A stretch of DNA of 64,000 bases from Anaerolineae bacterium (GTDB lineage Bacteria; Chloroflexota; Anaerolineae; DUEN01), in contig JANXBS010000002.1 in the NCBI GenBank assembly GCA_025060615.1, positions 65,244 to 129,243 of the forward strand, given 5' to 3'. Made by a program: the position numbers and the translations under genes. Of this stretch, positions 36,369-49,852 are shown piece after piece; within the stretch, counting starts at the first letter, position 1; every line of letters starts with the position of its first letter. The notes beneath the pieces are model-generated. The model made no database searches, was not told where the DNA came from, and worked only from the letters and a program-made list of their open reading frames with translations.

Positions 36369-38489
36369 ATGAACAACGATGTTGACCTACAGCCATGGAT
36401 TGAGATCCGCGGCGTGTGCCCACATGACTGCCCAGACACATGCGCTTGGATTGTCACCGTGGATCGCGTCACGGGCCGAGCCATACGCCTGCGCGGCGCG
36501 GAGGATCACCCTGTGACACGTGGGGTCCTCTGCGCAAAGGTGGATCGCTATCTGGAGCGCACCTACCATCCGGAGCGGCTGCTTCACCCCATGCGCCGGA
36601 TCGGGACCAAGGGGCAGGGACGATTCGAGCGCATCTCTTGGGAGGAGGCGTTACGGGAGATCAGCGAGCGGCTACGGGAGATCGCTGATCGGCATGGCCC
36701 CGAGGCGATCCTGCCTTATTCGTACGCAGGGACGATGGGGTTAGTTCAAAGCCAGTCCATGGACCGCCGTTTCTTCCACAGGCTTGGGGCTACCCGCCTG
36801 CTCCGCACAATTTGCTCCTCCGCCGGCTTTCAGGGATTGCTCTACACCCTGGGGACCGCTCGCGGCACGCCGCCGGAGGACTTCCGACATGCCCGTTACA
36901 TCCTCCTGTGGGGAGCCAACCTTCTCACCTCGAACGCGCATCAGTGGCCCTTCGTCCAGGAAGCACGCCAACGAGGCGCTCGGGTGATCTGCATAGACCC
37001 CGTGCAGACCCGCACAGCCCGCCTATCCGATCGGTGGTTGCCCATCCTGCCAGGCACGGATGGCGCGCTGGCCCTGGCGATGATGCACGTGATCTTCGCC
37101 GAGGGGCTAGAGGATCGAGCGTTCATCGAGCAACACTGCGTTGGGGGAGACCTCCTGCGGGCGCGCGTGACGGAGTGGACACCAGAGCGCGCCGCTACCA
37201 TCACGGGCCTGTCAGCCTCCGAGATCGTGCAACTGGCCCGTGAATACGCTACTATCCGCCCGGCGGCCATCCGGCTGAGTTATGGCCTCCAGCGGCATGC
37301 GGGCGGCGGTATGGCCGTGCGCGCCATCGCTTGCTTACCTGCCCTGGTCGGCGCCTGGCGCGACGTGGGAGGCGGCTTGCTCCTCTCCACCAGCAGCGCC
37401 TTTCCTCTCAATTACGCAGCCCTGGAGCGCCCCGACCTCTGCCCACCCGGCACGCGGGCGTTGAACATGGTGGAATTAGGCCGCATCTTGACCGAGGTGG
37501 ATGATCCACCCATTCAAGCGCTGATCGTATACAACAGCAACCCCGCCGCTGTCGCCCCCGATCAGGCAGCAGTGCGCCAGGGGTTACAGCGCGAGGACCT
37601 CTTCACTGTGGTGATCGAACAGTTCCAGACCGACACCGCTGACTACGCGGACATCGTGTTGCCAGCCACCACCCAACTGGAGCACTGGGACCTGCTCAAG
37701 CCCTATGGCCATTACTACCTAGCCCTGAACCGACCTGCCATCGCGCCCTTGGGCGAGAGCCTGCCCAACAGCGAGATCTTTCGCCGTCTAGCCCGGCACA
37801 TGGGGTTCACCGATCCCTGCTTCGAGGACGATGACCTGACCCTCATCCGCCAGGCGCTGGACAGCAACGCGCCGGAATTGGCCGGGGTCACCCTAGAGCG
37901 GCTGCTGGCCGAGGGATTTGTGCGCCTCCACCTGCCCGAGCCCTATCGCCCCTTCGCCGATGGGCGTTTCCCCACCCCCTCTGGCAAGTGCGAGCTGTAC
38001 AGCGAGCGCATGGCTCGCGATGGCTACGACCCCTTGCCCACCTATACACCGCCGAACTGGTGGAAACGCAATCTCTCACCGCCGGCCTCCGAGGCTCTGC
38101 TGTTCATCTCACCACCGGCCCATTACTTCCTAAACTCCACTTTTGCCAATGTGGATCGGCTGCGCCGGCGTGAAGGCGAGCAAGTGTTGCTGATGCACCC
38201 TCAGGATGCGGCTTCCCGCGGCTTGGAGGAGGGGCAGATGGTGCGCGTCTGGAATGAACGAGGGGATTTCCTGGCGCGAGCGTGCTTAACCGAGGGGATA
38301 CGCCCTGGCGTGTGTGCATCGCCTAGCGTATGGTGGCCCAAACTCGCCCCCGGCAGGCGCAATGTCAACTTTGTCACCTCCCAGGCGTTGGCTGATATGG
38401 GAGGCGGAGCCACCTTCCACGATTGTGTCGTGTGGGTGGAGCCGGCACAGACGGATGATGGCAGAAAAGAGACGAGGGAGGACGGATGA
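36369..38489 (+). CDS. Molybdopterin-dependent oxidoreductase, bis-MGD catalytic subunit with N-terminal 4Fe-4S Cys cluster (NarB/FdhF-like)
   Basis: 706 aa. N-terminal [11 protein letters not shown]...LCAKV cysteine motif. Length and C-terminal molybdopterin-dinucleotide-binding-like region. No electron-transfer subunit adjacent. Confidence 0.75.
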   Translation: MNNDVDLQPWIEIRGVCPHDCPDTCAWIVTVDRVTGRAIRLRGAEDHPVTRGVLCAKVDRYLERTYHPERLLHPMRRIGTKGQGRFERISWEEALREISERLREIADRHGPEAILPYSYAGTMGLVQSQSMDRRFFHRLGATRLLRTICSSAGFQGLLYTLGTARGTPPEDFRHARYILLWGANLLTSNAHQWPFVQEARQRGARVICIDPVQTRTARLSDRWLPILPGTDGALALAMMHVIFAEGLEDRAFIEQHCVGGDLLRARVTEWTPERAATITGLSASEIVQLAREYATIRPAAIRLSYGLQRHAGGGMAVRAIACLPALVGAWRDVGGGLLLSTSSAFPLNYAALERPDLCPPGTRALNMVELGRILTEVDDPPIQALIVYNSNPAAVAPDQAAVRQGLQREDLFTVVIEQFQTDTADYADIVLPATTQLEHWDLLKPYGHYYLALNRPAIAPLGESLPNSEIFRRLARHMGFTDPCFEDDDLTLIRQALDSNAPELAGVTLERLLAEGFVRLHLPEPYRPFADGRFPTPSGKCELYSERMARDGYDPLPTYTPPNWWKRNLSPPASEALLFISPPAHYFLNSTFANVDRLRRREGEQVLLMHPQDAASRGLEEGQMVRVWNERGDFLARACLTEGIRPGVCASPSVWWPKLAPGRRNVNFVTSQALADMGGGATFHDCVVWVEPAQTDDGRKETREDG

Positions 38490-39016
38490 CCGATGAGGGA
38501 CGGCGGACAAAGGCCGACCTAGCGCGCTATATCGCCGAACACGGAATCGCCGCGGAGCTGGTGACACCGCCACATGAGACGCCGTCGGTGGCCCAGGCCG
38601 CGGCGGCGATGGGATGCGCGCCGGAGCAGATCATCAAATCGCTCGTGTTTCTAATAAGCGGACAGCCCTACTTGGTGATCGCCAACGGGGACGCGCCGAT
38701 AAGCTATCGCCGGCTGGCCGCGCACTTCGGCATCAGCCGCAAGCGGATCAGGATGGCCACGCCGGAGGAGGTGTTGGCGCTGACCGGCTATCCAGCCGGC
38801 GGAGTGCCGCCTTTCGGTTGGCGCACCTCGCTGCCGGTGCTCATGGACCCCGGCGTGCTCACGCAAGACATCGTCTACGGTGGTGGGGGCGATGAGCGCA
38901 CGCTGGTGCGCATCGCCCCTGCCGAGCTGCGAAGGGTAACCCGGCCTGTGTTAGTCACGGTGACAGACGAAGTCGTGGCCGCTACAAAACCCTTGCGCGA
39001 GACATCAACTTGCTGA
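38486..39016 (+). CDS. YbaK/ProX-family aminoacyl-tRNA deacylase domain protein
   Basis: 176 aa. Pattern ...[65 protein letters not shown] overlap with the upstream gene. Confidence 0.6.
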   Translation: MTDEGRRTKADLARYIAEHGIAAELVTPPHETPSVAQAAAAMGCAPEQIIKSLVFLISGQPYLVIANGDAPISYRRLAAHFGISRKRIRMATPEEVLALTGYPAGGVPPFGWRTSLPVLMDPGVLTQDIVYGGGGDERTLVRIAPAELRRVTRPVLVTVTDEVVAATKPLRETSTC

Positions 39017-39024
39017 CCGCGCAC

Positions 39025-39690
39025 TCAGCTTGAGGCCTCGGGGATGTTCAGCCGATACCCCTGTCCGCGCACTGTGACGATCAGCCGAGGTGACGTAGGG
39101 TCTGCTTCGATCTTTCTGCGCAGCCAATGCACGTGTACTTCCAGGGTGCGCGTATCGCCCACGTACGAAGTGTCCCAGATAGACTTCATGAGCTGTCGAC
39201 GGCTTACCACCCGACCAGCATTTTCCATCAGCACCATCAAGATGGCGCACTCCTTGGGCGTCAGCTTTTGCTCCCCCCTGGCTCCGTGTACGATCCGGGT
39301 AGCCGGATCTAGAATCAACGGCCCCACCTGAAGCAACTTAGGCACGTGCTGTTCCAGCACCTTCTCAATACGAGCGATCAGCTTGCGGGCCGTAAACGGC
39401 TTGGACAGCCGTACATCGCAGGGGATATCGTCGGGCAAACCGTGCTCATCGGCCAAAAGGATGACGGCGCTATGGGGTGAGACGCGCCGCAGCGAACGAC
39501 ATAAGCGATGGCAGGAGCGCGAGGCAGTGCCATCTACGATGATCAAATCTGGCAGGCGCTGACGGGCGTGCTCGATGGCAGTGCGCTGGCTAGCAGCCAA
39601 GGTGACCCACATCCCACGCGCCTCTAACTGCGGCCAGATGGGGTCCAGAACCGAGTCACTCTTGCCTATGAAGAGAATGTGCCAGCCCAT
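39025..39690 (-). CDS. OmpR/PhoB-type winged-helix response regulator with atypical receiver domain (orphan)
   Basis: C-terminal wHTH (LTPKECAILMVLMENAGRVVSRRQLMKSIWD...LEVHVHWLRRKIE...LIVTVRGQGYRL). The receiver has the phospho-Asp context LIIVDG and a K-P near SKPF, but lacks the N-terminal acidic DD pair (ILFIGKSDSV). Confidence 0.7.
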   Translation of the reverse strand: MGWHILFIGKSDSVLDPIWPQLEARGMWVTLAASQRTAIEHARQRLPDLIIVDGTASRSCHRLCRSLRRVSPHSAVILLADEHGLPDDIPCDVRLSKPFTARKLIARIEKVLEQHVPKLLQVGPLILDPATRIVHGARGEQKLTPKECAILMVLMENAGRVVSRRQLMKSIWDTSYVGDTRTLEVHVHWLRRKIEADPTSPRLIVTVRGQGYRLNIPEASS

Positions 39691-40205
39691 CTTTCACTCC
39701 ACGTGCCAATACCTGGCTCCGAGAAGAGAAAGCATATTCTGGGAGCACGCAAGAAAAGCCGTAACGAGTCCCACTCTACATACCAAGATCTCAACACAGG
39801 GTGATCTCTGCCCCACCAACAACGGCTTACAATCCTAACTCGATGGAGTTCCATCCCACCAGCCAGCTTTCTCGGCCATTCCAGCCTCATTATATCACTG
39901 GCTGATCCCCATTTTGAATATTTGATTTACGCTCTCATAAACTCTACTATAGGCTTTGATATGGGCCTATTGTCCTATTGACACAGTTATCGAAACTTGG
40001 TTTGAGAACCATGAAGGATACACGAGGGGCACGAAATTCACACCTTATGCTCAGAACAAGTGTAGCCCTTCCCCATCTCTCGATCCCCCTTTTTCTCCCC
40101 GCTTGCAAGGGAGAGAAGATTGGGAAGAGTTGAAATTTAGGATGGCGGCAAAGCCACCGCCCTTAAACTTCACTCCCTGCTTCCCCTGCTTCCCTTGTTT
40201 CCTTT

Positions 40206-40236
40206 CCACTCCCGCTTTGCGAGAGTGGAAAGGGAT
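40206..40236. repeat. Perfect 10-bp inverted repeat (CTTTCCACTC-N11-GAGTGGAAAG) in an AT/CT-rich intergenic region
   Basis: Lies about 20 nt downstream of the GH127 stop (minus strand), so it is a candidate terminator hairpin without a U-tract. Adjacent CTTCCC(C)TG direct repeats 40170-40205. Confidence 0.4.
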
Positions 40237-40257
40237 TAGGGTGAGGTGAGGACCAGC

Positions 40258-42144
40258 TCAGGTTCCTAAGCGGATAACCGGCAACTCAGTGACCCGAAGC
40301 CGAACACTGCCATAGGGGAGCAACGTCAGCTCCTCATCTGCTTCGCTCGATTCTACCGGGCTGAGAGGTGTCGGCCCGGCTGAGTTCCTGACCAATTGCC
40401 ATTCAGGGATGCGGCGTCCCTTGATGCGTAGTTGTACCGGCGCCTGATCCGGGTGGAAAGGCATATCGCCCACGGGCCTGGTCGTGACCGTGATGGATAG
40501 CTCTGGACGTGATCGGTCAAGCAGCAATCCATAATTCCAAGGTGAGCGCGGGCGCACCTCCCAGTCCGCATGCGGGAGCTCGCCACCGATCTGCTTCCAC
40601 TCCTCCTCGACCTTGAGGGCGAAGACCAGCGGCCCACGTTCCAAACTGACAGCATTCCGATAGCGCGTGGTCGCCCGAATGGACATAGGGAGAGTCAACT
40701 CTACAGAGTCACCAGGTTGCCAGACGCGCTCGATGATATGGAAACCGCCGGCTGACACGGCTTGCGGGGTGTGCTGGCCTACTTGCACGCGCGCCTCAGC
40801 GGCCCAGGCTGGGATACGAAGCCGTAGGGGGAATGCCACAGGCTCATCAGGCATAATGTGAAGACGAACCACACCCTCAAAAGGATACTCGGTTTCCTCC
40901 ACAATTTTGACGAGGACGCCATCCCCTACAATTGCCTGCACCTGTGAAGGGCCGTACGCCACGGCAGCCAGCCCTCCATCAAGCGTGGCCATCCACAGGT
41001 GCTTGACGAACTTAGGCCAGCCCTGATGCATATTAGCCGTGCAACACCCGAAGTTGGGCTCCAATCCAAAGATGTTGGAATCCCAACGGTTGTTGGTCCA
41101 ATGCCGATCATCTACCGTGCACAATACCTGGTTAGCCTGTTGATCGTACTGGTGTGCCCACATGTCCGGCGAGATGGCCGCCGGCAGCGCGTTATACGCC
41201 AGCTTCTCTAGCCGATCTCCAAAGGCCGGATCGCCCAGGATGGCGATCAGGTTCTCCAGCGAGAACATGAACTCAACAACAGCGCACAGCTCGGTGCCTT
41301 GGGTGGGATCAAGGCCAGCCAGGTGCTCATCACCGGTGAACAGCCCCGTCGCTTGGCCGTGGTAGCGGTCCAGGTTCTCCAGCGCGACGTAGACTGCCTG
41401 TCTGTCACGCTCGCTGTGGCTCTGTTGGTACCACACGGCCGGATTCTTGATCGCCATGGCCACGTTGACCACATGGTGCTCGTGGCGGAAGGCGAATGGC
41501 TCGATCTTCGCCCGCCAAGGGAAGCGGTAGAACCACTCGATCCAATCGAAGCCGGCCCCATACTGGCGCGCCGCCAGATCGAGCAGCCACGGCTCGCCTG
41601 TGCGGTTGTACAGCCAGTAGATCGAGAGCACCTGGTCAGCATACCGGACGCCGCGCCAGGTATCCGGTGGAAGATCAGCGGGATGATCCAATTGGCGCCG
41701 GAAGTAGCGAAGCATCAGGGCCAAGACGCGCTCGTCGCCTGTCGCCTCGTGATACTGGGTCAGCGCTTTCAGAGCCACCATCAGAGGCCAGGAATCGCGG
41801 TTCTGGGGCGGTCCGAACCAGCCGTCCTCACGTTGGCTAGCGAGCATGGCCTCCATCCAACGGCGAGCCTTCGCGAGCAGGGCTTCATCTTCCAGCAGGA
41901 AGGCGAGGGGCACCAACCCGTCGCAATAATACGGGCCACGCTCCCAAGCCTCGCCGGTGCCGCCCAGCCAGGCGCTGTTAGGCCCAACGTCCGGCCAGAA
42001 CTCGTCCAGATGGCCGGTGAGCCCATCGGCCTGAAGGCGCAGTTGCCGTAGCAGCCAGCCGCGGGGCTTGACACTACCCAGAGGCAGCGGCACAAAGGCC
42101 GGTGGAAGCAAGGGTTCACGATTGGCAGGATAGAAGATACCCAT
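40258..42144 (-). CDS. Glycoside hydrolase family 127 (DUF1680, beta-L-arabinofuranosidase-like)
   Basis: About 630 aa. Adjacent cysteines in NFGCCTANMHQGW, consistent with the GH127 Zn/Cys catalytic centre. Start at MGIFYP (42144) with a GAGGAAGG RBS; the ORF track start (42165) is a TTG. Confidence 0.5.
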   Translation of the reverse strand: MGIFYPANREPLLPPAFVPLPLGSVKPRGWLLRQLRLQADGLTGHLDEFWPDVGPNSAWLGGTGEAWERGPYYCDGLVPLAFLLEDEALLAKARRWMEAMLASQREDGWFGPPQNRDSWPLMVALKALTQYHEATGDERVLALMLRYFRRQLDHPADLPPDTWRGVRYADQVLSIYWLYNRTGEPWLLDLAARQYGAGFDWIEWFYRFPWRAKIEPFAFRHEHHVVNVAMAIKNPAVWYQQSHSERDRQAVYVALENLDRYHGQATGLFTGDEHLAGLDPTQGTELCAVVEFMFSLENLIAILGDPAFGDRLEKLAYNALPAAISPDMWAHQYDQQANQVLCTVDDRHWTNNRWDSNIFGLEPNFGCCTANMHQGWPKFVKHLWMATLDGGLAAVAYGPSQVQAIVGDGVLVKIVEETEYPFEGVVRLHIMPDEPVAFPLRLRIPAWAAEARVQVGQHTPQAVSAGGFHIIERVWQPGDSVELTLPMSIRATTRYRNAVSLERGPLVFALKVEEEWKQIGGELPHADWEVRPRSPWNYGLLLDRSRPELSITVTTRPVGDMPFHPDQAPVQLRIKGRRIPEWQLVRNSAGPTPLSPVESSEADEELTLLPYGSVRLRVTELPVIRLGT

Positions 42145-42163
42145 AACAAGGCCTTCCTCGCTC

Positions 42164-42202
42164 AAAAAAATAAGAGGGGGACTTTTGCTCGATCCCCCCT
42201 CT
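42164..42202 (-). terminator. Rho-independent terminator of the DUF1858 gene (minus strand)
   Basis: Minus strand reads AGAGGGGGGA-tcgagcaaaag-TCCCCCTCT followed by TATTTTTTTGAG (9-bp stem plus T7). Confidence 0.6.
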
Positions 42203-42240
42203 TTGCCTTGAACCAGCCGCCCTGTCCGACGAGCTCAGGT

Positions 42241-42759
42241 TCACGAATAGAGGGTGATGTTGGCACGGCGTTGCAGCGAATCCAACATCACCGGCGCCTG
42301 TTCCTCAGCCAGAAGGGCATTCAAGGATTGCAATAGCAGGGATAGATCGGCGCGGCTTTGAGCCGCGGCCGCTTCCAACGTCACCTCTGGGCTGACGGCG
42401 CAGCTCGCGCAGCCGCCGATGTGGAACGCCGCCAGAACTTCGGCCACATCCGGATGTAGGGAGAGCGCCTCACCCACGGTCATGGATGGAGCGAACACCG
42501 CTCCGCCGTTTCGCTCTCGGTACCAATCCACCTTCAACTTGCGGATTTCTGACTGAAGTGTGGCGATCTCCTGACGGATCTCCTCGACCAGACGGTAGTG
42601 GGTGCTGCGCAGGGTTTCCAGGCTTCTCCCGACCTCCCTCCAACGTCGCCAGTTCAACCAGCCCCAACCCACGGCTAACGCCGACAGAGCTAACGCTGCC
42701 CACTCCATGTCACGAACTCCTGTCCGCTCTGTATGATCCTCAAGGCGGGGGAGATCCAA
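42241..42759 (-). CDS. DUF1858-domain protein with N-terminal TM/coiled-coil
   Basis: C-terminal MTVGEALSLHPDVAEVLAAFHIGGCASCAVSPEVTLEAAA is the DUF1858 pattern. Possible real start at the internal Met (42708). Confidence 0.45.
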   Translation of the reverse strand: MDLPRLEDHTERTGVRDMEWAALALSALAVGWGWLNWRRWREVGRSLETLRSTHYRLVEEIRQEIATLQSEIRKLKVDWYRERNGGAVFAPSMTVGEALSLHPDVAEVLAAFHIGGCASCAVSPEVTLEAAAAQSRADLSLLLQSLNALLAEEQAPVMLDSLQRRANITLYS

Positions 42760-42841
42760 GCAACATAGCTATGCTAACACGGGAGATGGGGGTTTGTCAA
42801 AGCCGTGAGAAAGGCAGCGTGAGCTTCATTCCTCTTCCTTG

Positions 42842-42850
42842 TGCTATAAT
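42842..42850 (+). promoter_or_regulatory. Extended -10 promoter (TGcTATAAT) for mutS
   Basis: CTTGTGCTATAATTCG is 41 nt upstream of the ATG. AGGTGA RBS. Confidence 0.45.
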
Positions 42851-42890
42851 TCGTCCAGCGCCGACCCGTCAGACAAGAGGTGAGCAGTCG

Positions 42891-45515
<2,625 letters not shown>

Positions 45516-45632
45516 AAGAGCGTTGCGAAAATCGGCCGAGTGGAATGGGAAACGGCCTAAGGGAGGTTGAGCGAACATTGGATACGGGCGATTCATGAAT
45601 CGCTCCCTCCCTTTACACCCACAACACCGACG

Positions 45633-45666
45633 CAAAAGCAGGAGCACGGCGGAGATCGTGCTCCTG
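45633..45666 (-). terminator. Intrinsic terminator for the AlbA_2-regulator gene (minus strand), possibly bidirectional with mutS
   Basis: GCAGGAGCACG-atctccgc-CGTGCTCCTGC followed by TTTTGCG on the minus strand. A second palindrome GCGATTCATGAATCGC is at 45585-45600. Confidence 0.5.
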
Positions 45667-45729
45667 CTGGTCAAGGCTTTTTAGACATCCGCTGAGGCGC
45701 TCGGAAGCGGCACGTGGATGGCTTGCAAT

Positions 45730-47193
45730 TTATTTCAGAATGTAGTACGTCGCTCGCTTCTCGCCGATCTTGAGGAGCAAGCCTTTGTCCACCAGATCGG
45801 CGAGATCACGGCGGATGGTCTCATCGGAGACCTCGGGGAAGAGAGCGCGCATCTCTGAGTTGGTGATGCGTCCGTGCTCGCTCAGATAGGCCAACGCTTT
45901 CTCCTGCCGTGGATTGAGCAGAATGTGCCCCCAACGCTGAGCTTCCGGCCGAGAGTTGACCAGGTTTGCCCCATGTCCGATCAGTGTCACCTTGAAGCCG
46001 GCCGCTGTCTCCTCGAAACGGGGCGGCGGCAACCCCTCCTGTTCCATCGAGCGGATCATGCGGTCAATCCCGTAGCCCAGCCGTTCGATGAATCCCATGT
46101 CGGACAGCACTTGGACGATGGCCTCGTTGCGCGAGAAGCGCTCTTCCACCAGGTTCTCCAGGGTGACATGGCCGGGCAGGCGGCCGGGGGAATACACCTC
46201 CATCCGATCGCTAAACATGAGGACGCGGATGCTGTCGCCGCGGATGCCATAGTCGCGGTGAGCCACCGCGTTCACGATGGCCTCGCGCACGACGGGCAGC
46301 GGGTATTCCGTGCGCTCCTCCCGTTCTAGCCCGGCGATACGCATCCCTCGCCGCATGTTGGCGGCGACGAAGGCCTCGGCGCGACGGATCTGCTCAGCAA
46401 GAGGGCCGCGGATGTCCTCACGTACGAACTCGTCCGCCATGTCTAGGCCAGCATAACGCACCGCGATGATCTCCGCCGACCGCACGAACTGCTGCGGCTT
46501 GCGGCCGAAGAGTAGAATGCCAGCGTAAGTAGGAATCAACGTGCCATCCTCCTGACGCACCGCGCATCCACGCGCCAGAAGGACCTCGTTCAGGTCTTCG
46601 GCGGCGAAGGCTTCGAGCTGTCGCGCGTACTGGGCTACGGCATCCATATCGAGATCGGCCAGGGTGGCCCCCACGACCGGCTGCGCTTCGAAGCCGGCCT
46701 CGCCGCGGTCTAACAGCAGATGGCGCAGCTCCGAGGCCGTCAACGGGCGGTTGTGGGCACCCGTGCGTGTCAGGAACTGTCCTTTGAAGCTGTACACATG
46801 GGGAAGGCCAGAGGGCACGGTGACCACGCATAAAGGTTGGCCGTCCACCGTAACGATCGTGGGCAGAGGCAAAATCAAGGGAGGATCCACCATGAGCGCC
46901 GCAGCTAGCGCACGCTCACGAATCTCGGCAGGATTGCGCAGGCCGGGGCCGGTCTGCGCTGTCAAGTCGCGTCCTACTGCGCCGATCAGAAGGACGCCGC
47001 CATGCGTGTTAGCCAGCGCGACCAACGTCTCCGCCAGCTTGCGCGGCGAGCTGCTGGCCGATGCAAAGGCCACGGTCTCGCTTTGGCCCTGCGCCAGCCA
47101 GGTGCGCACTTCATCGGGAGTAAGTTGGGCGCGTCCCAGGCTCATGGCATAGCAACCCGCTACATAACCTACTGTTAAACCTCGTTCAGCCAA
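45730..47193 (-). CDS. AlbA_2 (Schlafen-like divergent AAA) plus HATPase_c_4-type putative transcriptional regulator (RecG-C-terminal-like DNA-binding protein)
   Basis: N-terminal [34 protein letters not shown] is AlbA_2-like. C-terminal w[51 protein letters not shown]. Confidence 0.6.
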   Translation of the reverse strand: MAERGLTVGYVAGCYAMSLGRAQLTPDEVRTWLAQGQSETVAFASASSSPRKLAETLVALANTHGGVLLIGAVGRDLTAQTGPGLRNPAEIRERALAAALMVDPPLILPLPTIVTVDGQPLCVVTVPSGLPHVYSFKGQFLTRTGAHNRPLTASELRHLLLDRGEAGFEAQPVVGATLADLDMDAVAQYARQLEAFAAEDLNEVLLARGCAVRQEDGTLIPTYAGILLFGRKPQQFVRSAEIIAVRYAGLDMADEFVREDIRGPLAEQIRRAEAFVAANMRRGMRIAGLEREERTEYPLPVVREAIVNAVAHRDYGIRGDSIRVLMFSDRMEVYSPGRLPGHVTLENLVEERFSRNEAIVQVLSDMGFIERLGYGIDRMIRSMEQEGLPPPRFEETAAGFKVTLIGHGANLVNSRPEAQRWGHILLNPRQEKALAYLSEHGRITNSEMRALFPEVSDETIRRDLADLVDKGLLLKIGEKRATYYILK

Positions 47194-47247
47194 CCTTAGC
47201 CTGTAAACGTCCCATCTGCGCGTTTCAGAGAGGTACCAAACAGGGCG

Positions 47248-49767
47248 TCAAGCTTCTGATGCCACCGTAGTAGGCATCGTCACAGGAGTCGGCTGCGGAT
47301 GAGCGGTGGGCACCTTTGGGGTCATCCGCCGCCGACGCGGCCCGGGCTTGGGGGCCGGCTGCAACGGCTCGCTCAACGCAATAGGCAACACCTCATCCAT
47401 ATGCTCGACCAGGACCAAGTTGAGATCGCGCCGCACACGCTTAGGGATCTCCGCCAAGTCCTTCTGGTTCTTTTTGGGGATCACCACGGTCTTCAACCCC
47501 GCCCGATGCGCGGCGAGCACCTTCTCTTTCAGCCCGCCGACCGGCAACACTCGCCCGCGCAGCGTGATTTCCCCTGTCATCCCCACGTCCCGATGCACCG
47601 GGCGCATGCTGAGGGCTGAAATCAGCGCCGTCGCCATGGTAATGCCCGCGCTGGGCCCATCTTTCGGGGTGGCGCCTTCCGGCACATGGATATGGATGTC
47701 TAGCTTGTCGAAATCAATCTTGCCCAGCCCCAATTGCTCTGCGTGGGATCGCGCATACGAGAGCGCTGCTTGGGCCGATTCCTGCATAACCTCGCCGAGC
47801 TGGCCGGTCAGCAACAAGGTCCCCTTGCCAGCCATCAAGGTCACCTCGACGGATAGCAAGTCGCCCCCTGCCTCGGTGACGGCGATACCGGTCGCCACGC
47901 CTACCTGGTCCTTCTCCTCGGCGATGCCGAAGGTGTACTCAGGCGGCCCCAGATAACGGTGCAGGGAAGCTGGCGTGATGTGGTGCGGGGCACGCTTCCC
48001 TTCGGCCACACGGCGCGCCACCTTGCGACAGACCTGGGCGATGCAACGTTCCAGATTGCGCACGCCAGCCTCATACGTGTACTCACGGATGATTGTCCGC
48101 AGCGTCTGCTCCGAGAAGCTCAAGCCATGTCCTTTCAGCCCGTTCTCCTCGATCTGCCGCGGCACCAGGAACTGACGGGCGATCGCCAGCTTCTCCTCCT
48201 CGATGTACCCCGGGAAGTAGATCACCTCCATGCGATCCCGCAGGGCCGGCGGCACCGTATCCAGCACGTTAGCCGTCGTGATAAACATCACCTTGGAAAG
48301 GTCATATGGCACATCCAAGTAGTGATCGCTGAAGGCGTGATTCTGCTCCGGGTCTAGCACTTCCAACAGCGCAGCCGCCGGATCGCCCCGGAAATCTAGG
48401 CCGATCTTGTCCACCTCGTCCAGCATGAAGAGAGGGTTGATCGTACCGGCAGTGCGCATCGTCTGGATGATGCGGCCTGGCATGGCGCCGACGTAGGTAC
48501 GCCGATGTCCGCGGATCTCCGCCTCGTCACGTACGCCGCCCAGAGAGACGCGTACGAACTTACGCCCCAGGGCCTCAGCGATGGAACGACCCATGGAGGT
48601 CTTGCCGGTCCCTGGGGGGCCGACGAAGCAGAGGATCGGTTGGCGCGTCTTGTCAGGGGCCAACTTGCGTACAGCGATGTACTCCAGGATGCGCTCTTTT
48701 GCTTTGGCTAGGCCGTAGTGGTGTTTGTCGAGGACCTTAGCAGCATGCGCGATGTCCATGTTGTCCTCAGTGGCCGTCTTCCAGGGCAACTCGATCAGCC
48801 AGTCGAGGTAGGTGCGGATGATCGCCACCTCGGGCGCAGCCGGCGGCATGCTCGCCAGCCGTTCCAGCTCCTTCTCTGCCTTCTTATAGGCTTCCTCAGG
48901 GAGGCCAGCCGCCTGCAACTTTTCGCGTAGCTCGTTGATCTCGCGCGTCTGCTCATCGGTCTCGCCCAGCTCATGCTGGATCACGCGCATCTGCTCGCGT
49001 AGGAAATACTCCCGCTGCGAGCGATCCATCTCGTTTTGGACCTGCTGATGGATGCGATTTTCCAGCTCGAGCACGTCTAGCTCGCGGCCAAGCAGGACGC
49101 TGAGTCGCTGTAGTCGGACCGTGGTGTCAAAGGTCTCGAGCAGCTCCTGCTTCTCCTCCACATCCAAGTCGAGCACTGAGGCGATGAGATCGGCCAGCCA
49201 ACCCGGCTCTTCTACGTTCATTGCGGCGACGTAGGCTTCCTCGGGTAAGTTGGGGCTGAGCTGAACACACTTTTCAAATAGAGCCAGCACGGCCCGCATT
49301 AGCGCTTCAGTGGCCACTCCCTCGTGATCCTGCTCCCAGACGCTAGTCCCTCGCGCCCGTAGGAAAGGCTCTGTCTGGGTGAACTCGACGATCTGCACAC
49401 GCTGGCGCCCCTGGCTCAGCAAGCTGGTACTGCCGTCCGGCATTCGCAGCGTTCGACCTACGATCACCTCGGTGCCCACAGTATACAAATCATCCGGCCC
49501 TGGGTCCTCTTGATCCTTCTCGCGCTGGGCAACCACCAGGATAGGTAGGTCGGCAGCCATAGCTGCCTCGACAGCGCGCAAAGAGCGATCGCGCCCGATG
49601 AACAGCGGCGCCATCATGCGTGGAAAGATCACCGAGTCTTTCAAAGGCAAAACGACATACTCCTGCTCTCCCTCCACCCGCTCCTCAACCTCGTCATCTA
49701 AAGGGCCGACCATTGGGCCCCAAAAAGACAGCTCTCCAGAGACATCCAGAGATTTACTGGATACCAT
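47248..49767 (-). CDS. lon: ATP-dependent Lon protease (LonA)
   Basis: Lon N-domain ([26 protein letters not shown]). AAA+ Walker [19 protein letters not shown]. Protease Ser motif [15 protein letters not shown]. Confidence 0.95.
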   Translation of the reverse strand: MVSSKSLDVSGELSFWGPMVGPLDDEVEERVEGEQEYVVLPLKDSVIFPRMMAPLFIGRDRSLRAVEAAMAADLPILVVAQREKDQEDPGPDDLYTVGTEVIVGRTLRMPDGSTSLLSQGRQRVQIVEFTQTEPFLRARGTSVWEQDHEGVATEALMRAVLALFEKCVQLSPNLPEEAYVAAMNVEEPGWLADLIASVLDLDVEEKQELLETFDTTVRLQRLSVLLGRELDVLELENRIHQQVQNEMDRSQREYFLREQMRVIQHELGETDEQTREINELREKLQAAGLPEEAYKKAEKELERLASMPPAAPEVAIIRTYLDWLIELPWKTATEDNMDIAHAAKVLDKHHYGLAKAKERILEYIAVRKLAPDKTRQPILCFVGPPGTGKTSMGRSIAEALGRKFVRVSLGGVRDEAEIRGHRRTYVGAMPGRIIQTMRTAGTINPLFMLDEVDKIGLDFRGDPAAALLEVLDPEQNHAFSDHYLDVPYDLSKVMFITTANVLDTVPPALRDRMEVIYFPGYIEEEKLAIARQFLVPRQIEENGLKGHGLSFSEQTLRTIIREYTYEAGVRNLERCIAQVCRKVARRVAEGKRAPHHITPASLHRYLGPPEYTFGIAEEKDQVGVATGIAVTEAGGDLLSVEVTLMAGKGTLLLTGQLGEVMQESAQAALSYARSHAEQLGLGKIDFDKLDIHIHVPEGATPKDGPSAGITMATALISALSMRPVHRDVGMTGEITLRGRVLPVGGLKEKVLAAHRAGLKTVVIPKKNQKDLAEIPKRVRRDLNLVLVEHMDEVLPIALSEPLQPAPKPGPRRRRMTPKVPTAHPQPTPVTMPTTVASEA

Positions 49768-49852
49768 ACCGCGTTCCTCCGGCCAACCGAGATGTTAGCT
49801 AATGATATCACATCCAGACTAAATCTCAAACCAAACGTCATTCCCTCTTTTT

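Noticed and set aside
40170-40205. CTTCCC(C)TG direct repeats, considered as a CRISPR-like or microsatellite array
   Set aside because: Only 3 short imperfect units (8-9 bp) with no spacers. Not a CRISPR array. Retained only as part of the structured intergenic region finding.
42486-42890. 405-nt in-frame N-terminal extension of the mutS ORF
   Set aside because: The extension overlaps the divergent DUF1858 gene and has no homology. The conserved MutS N-terminus, an RBS and a TGcTATAAT promoter define the start at 42891.
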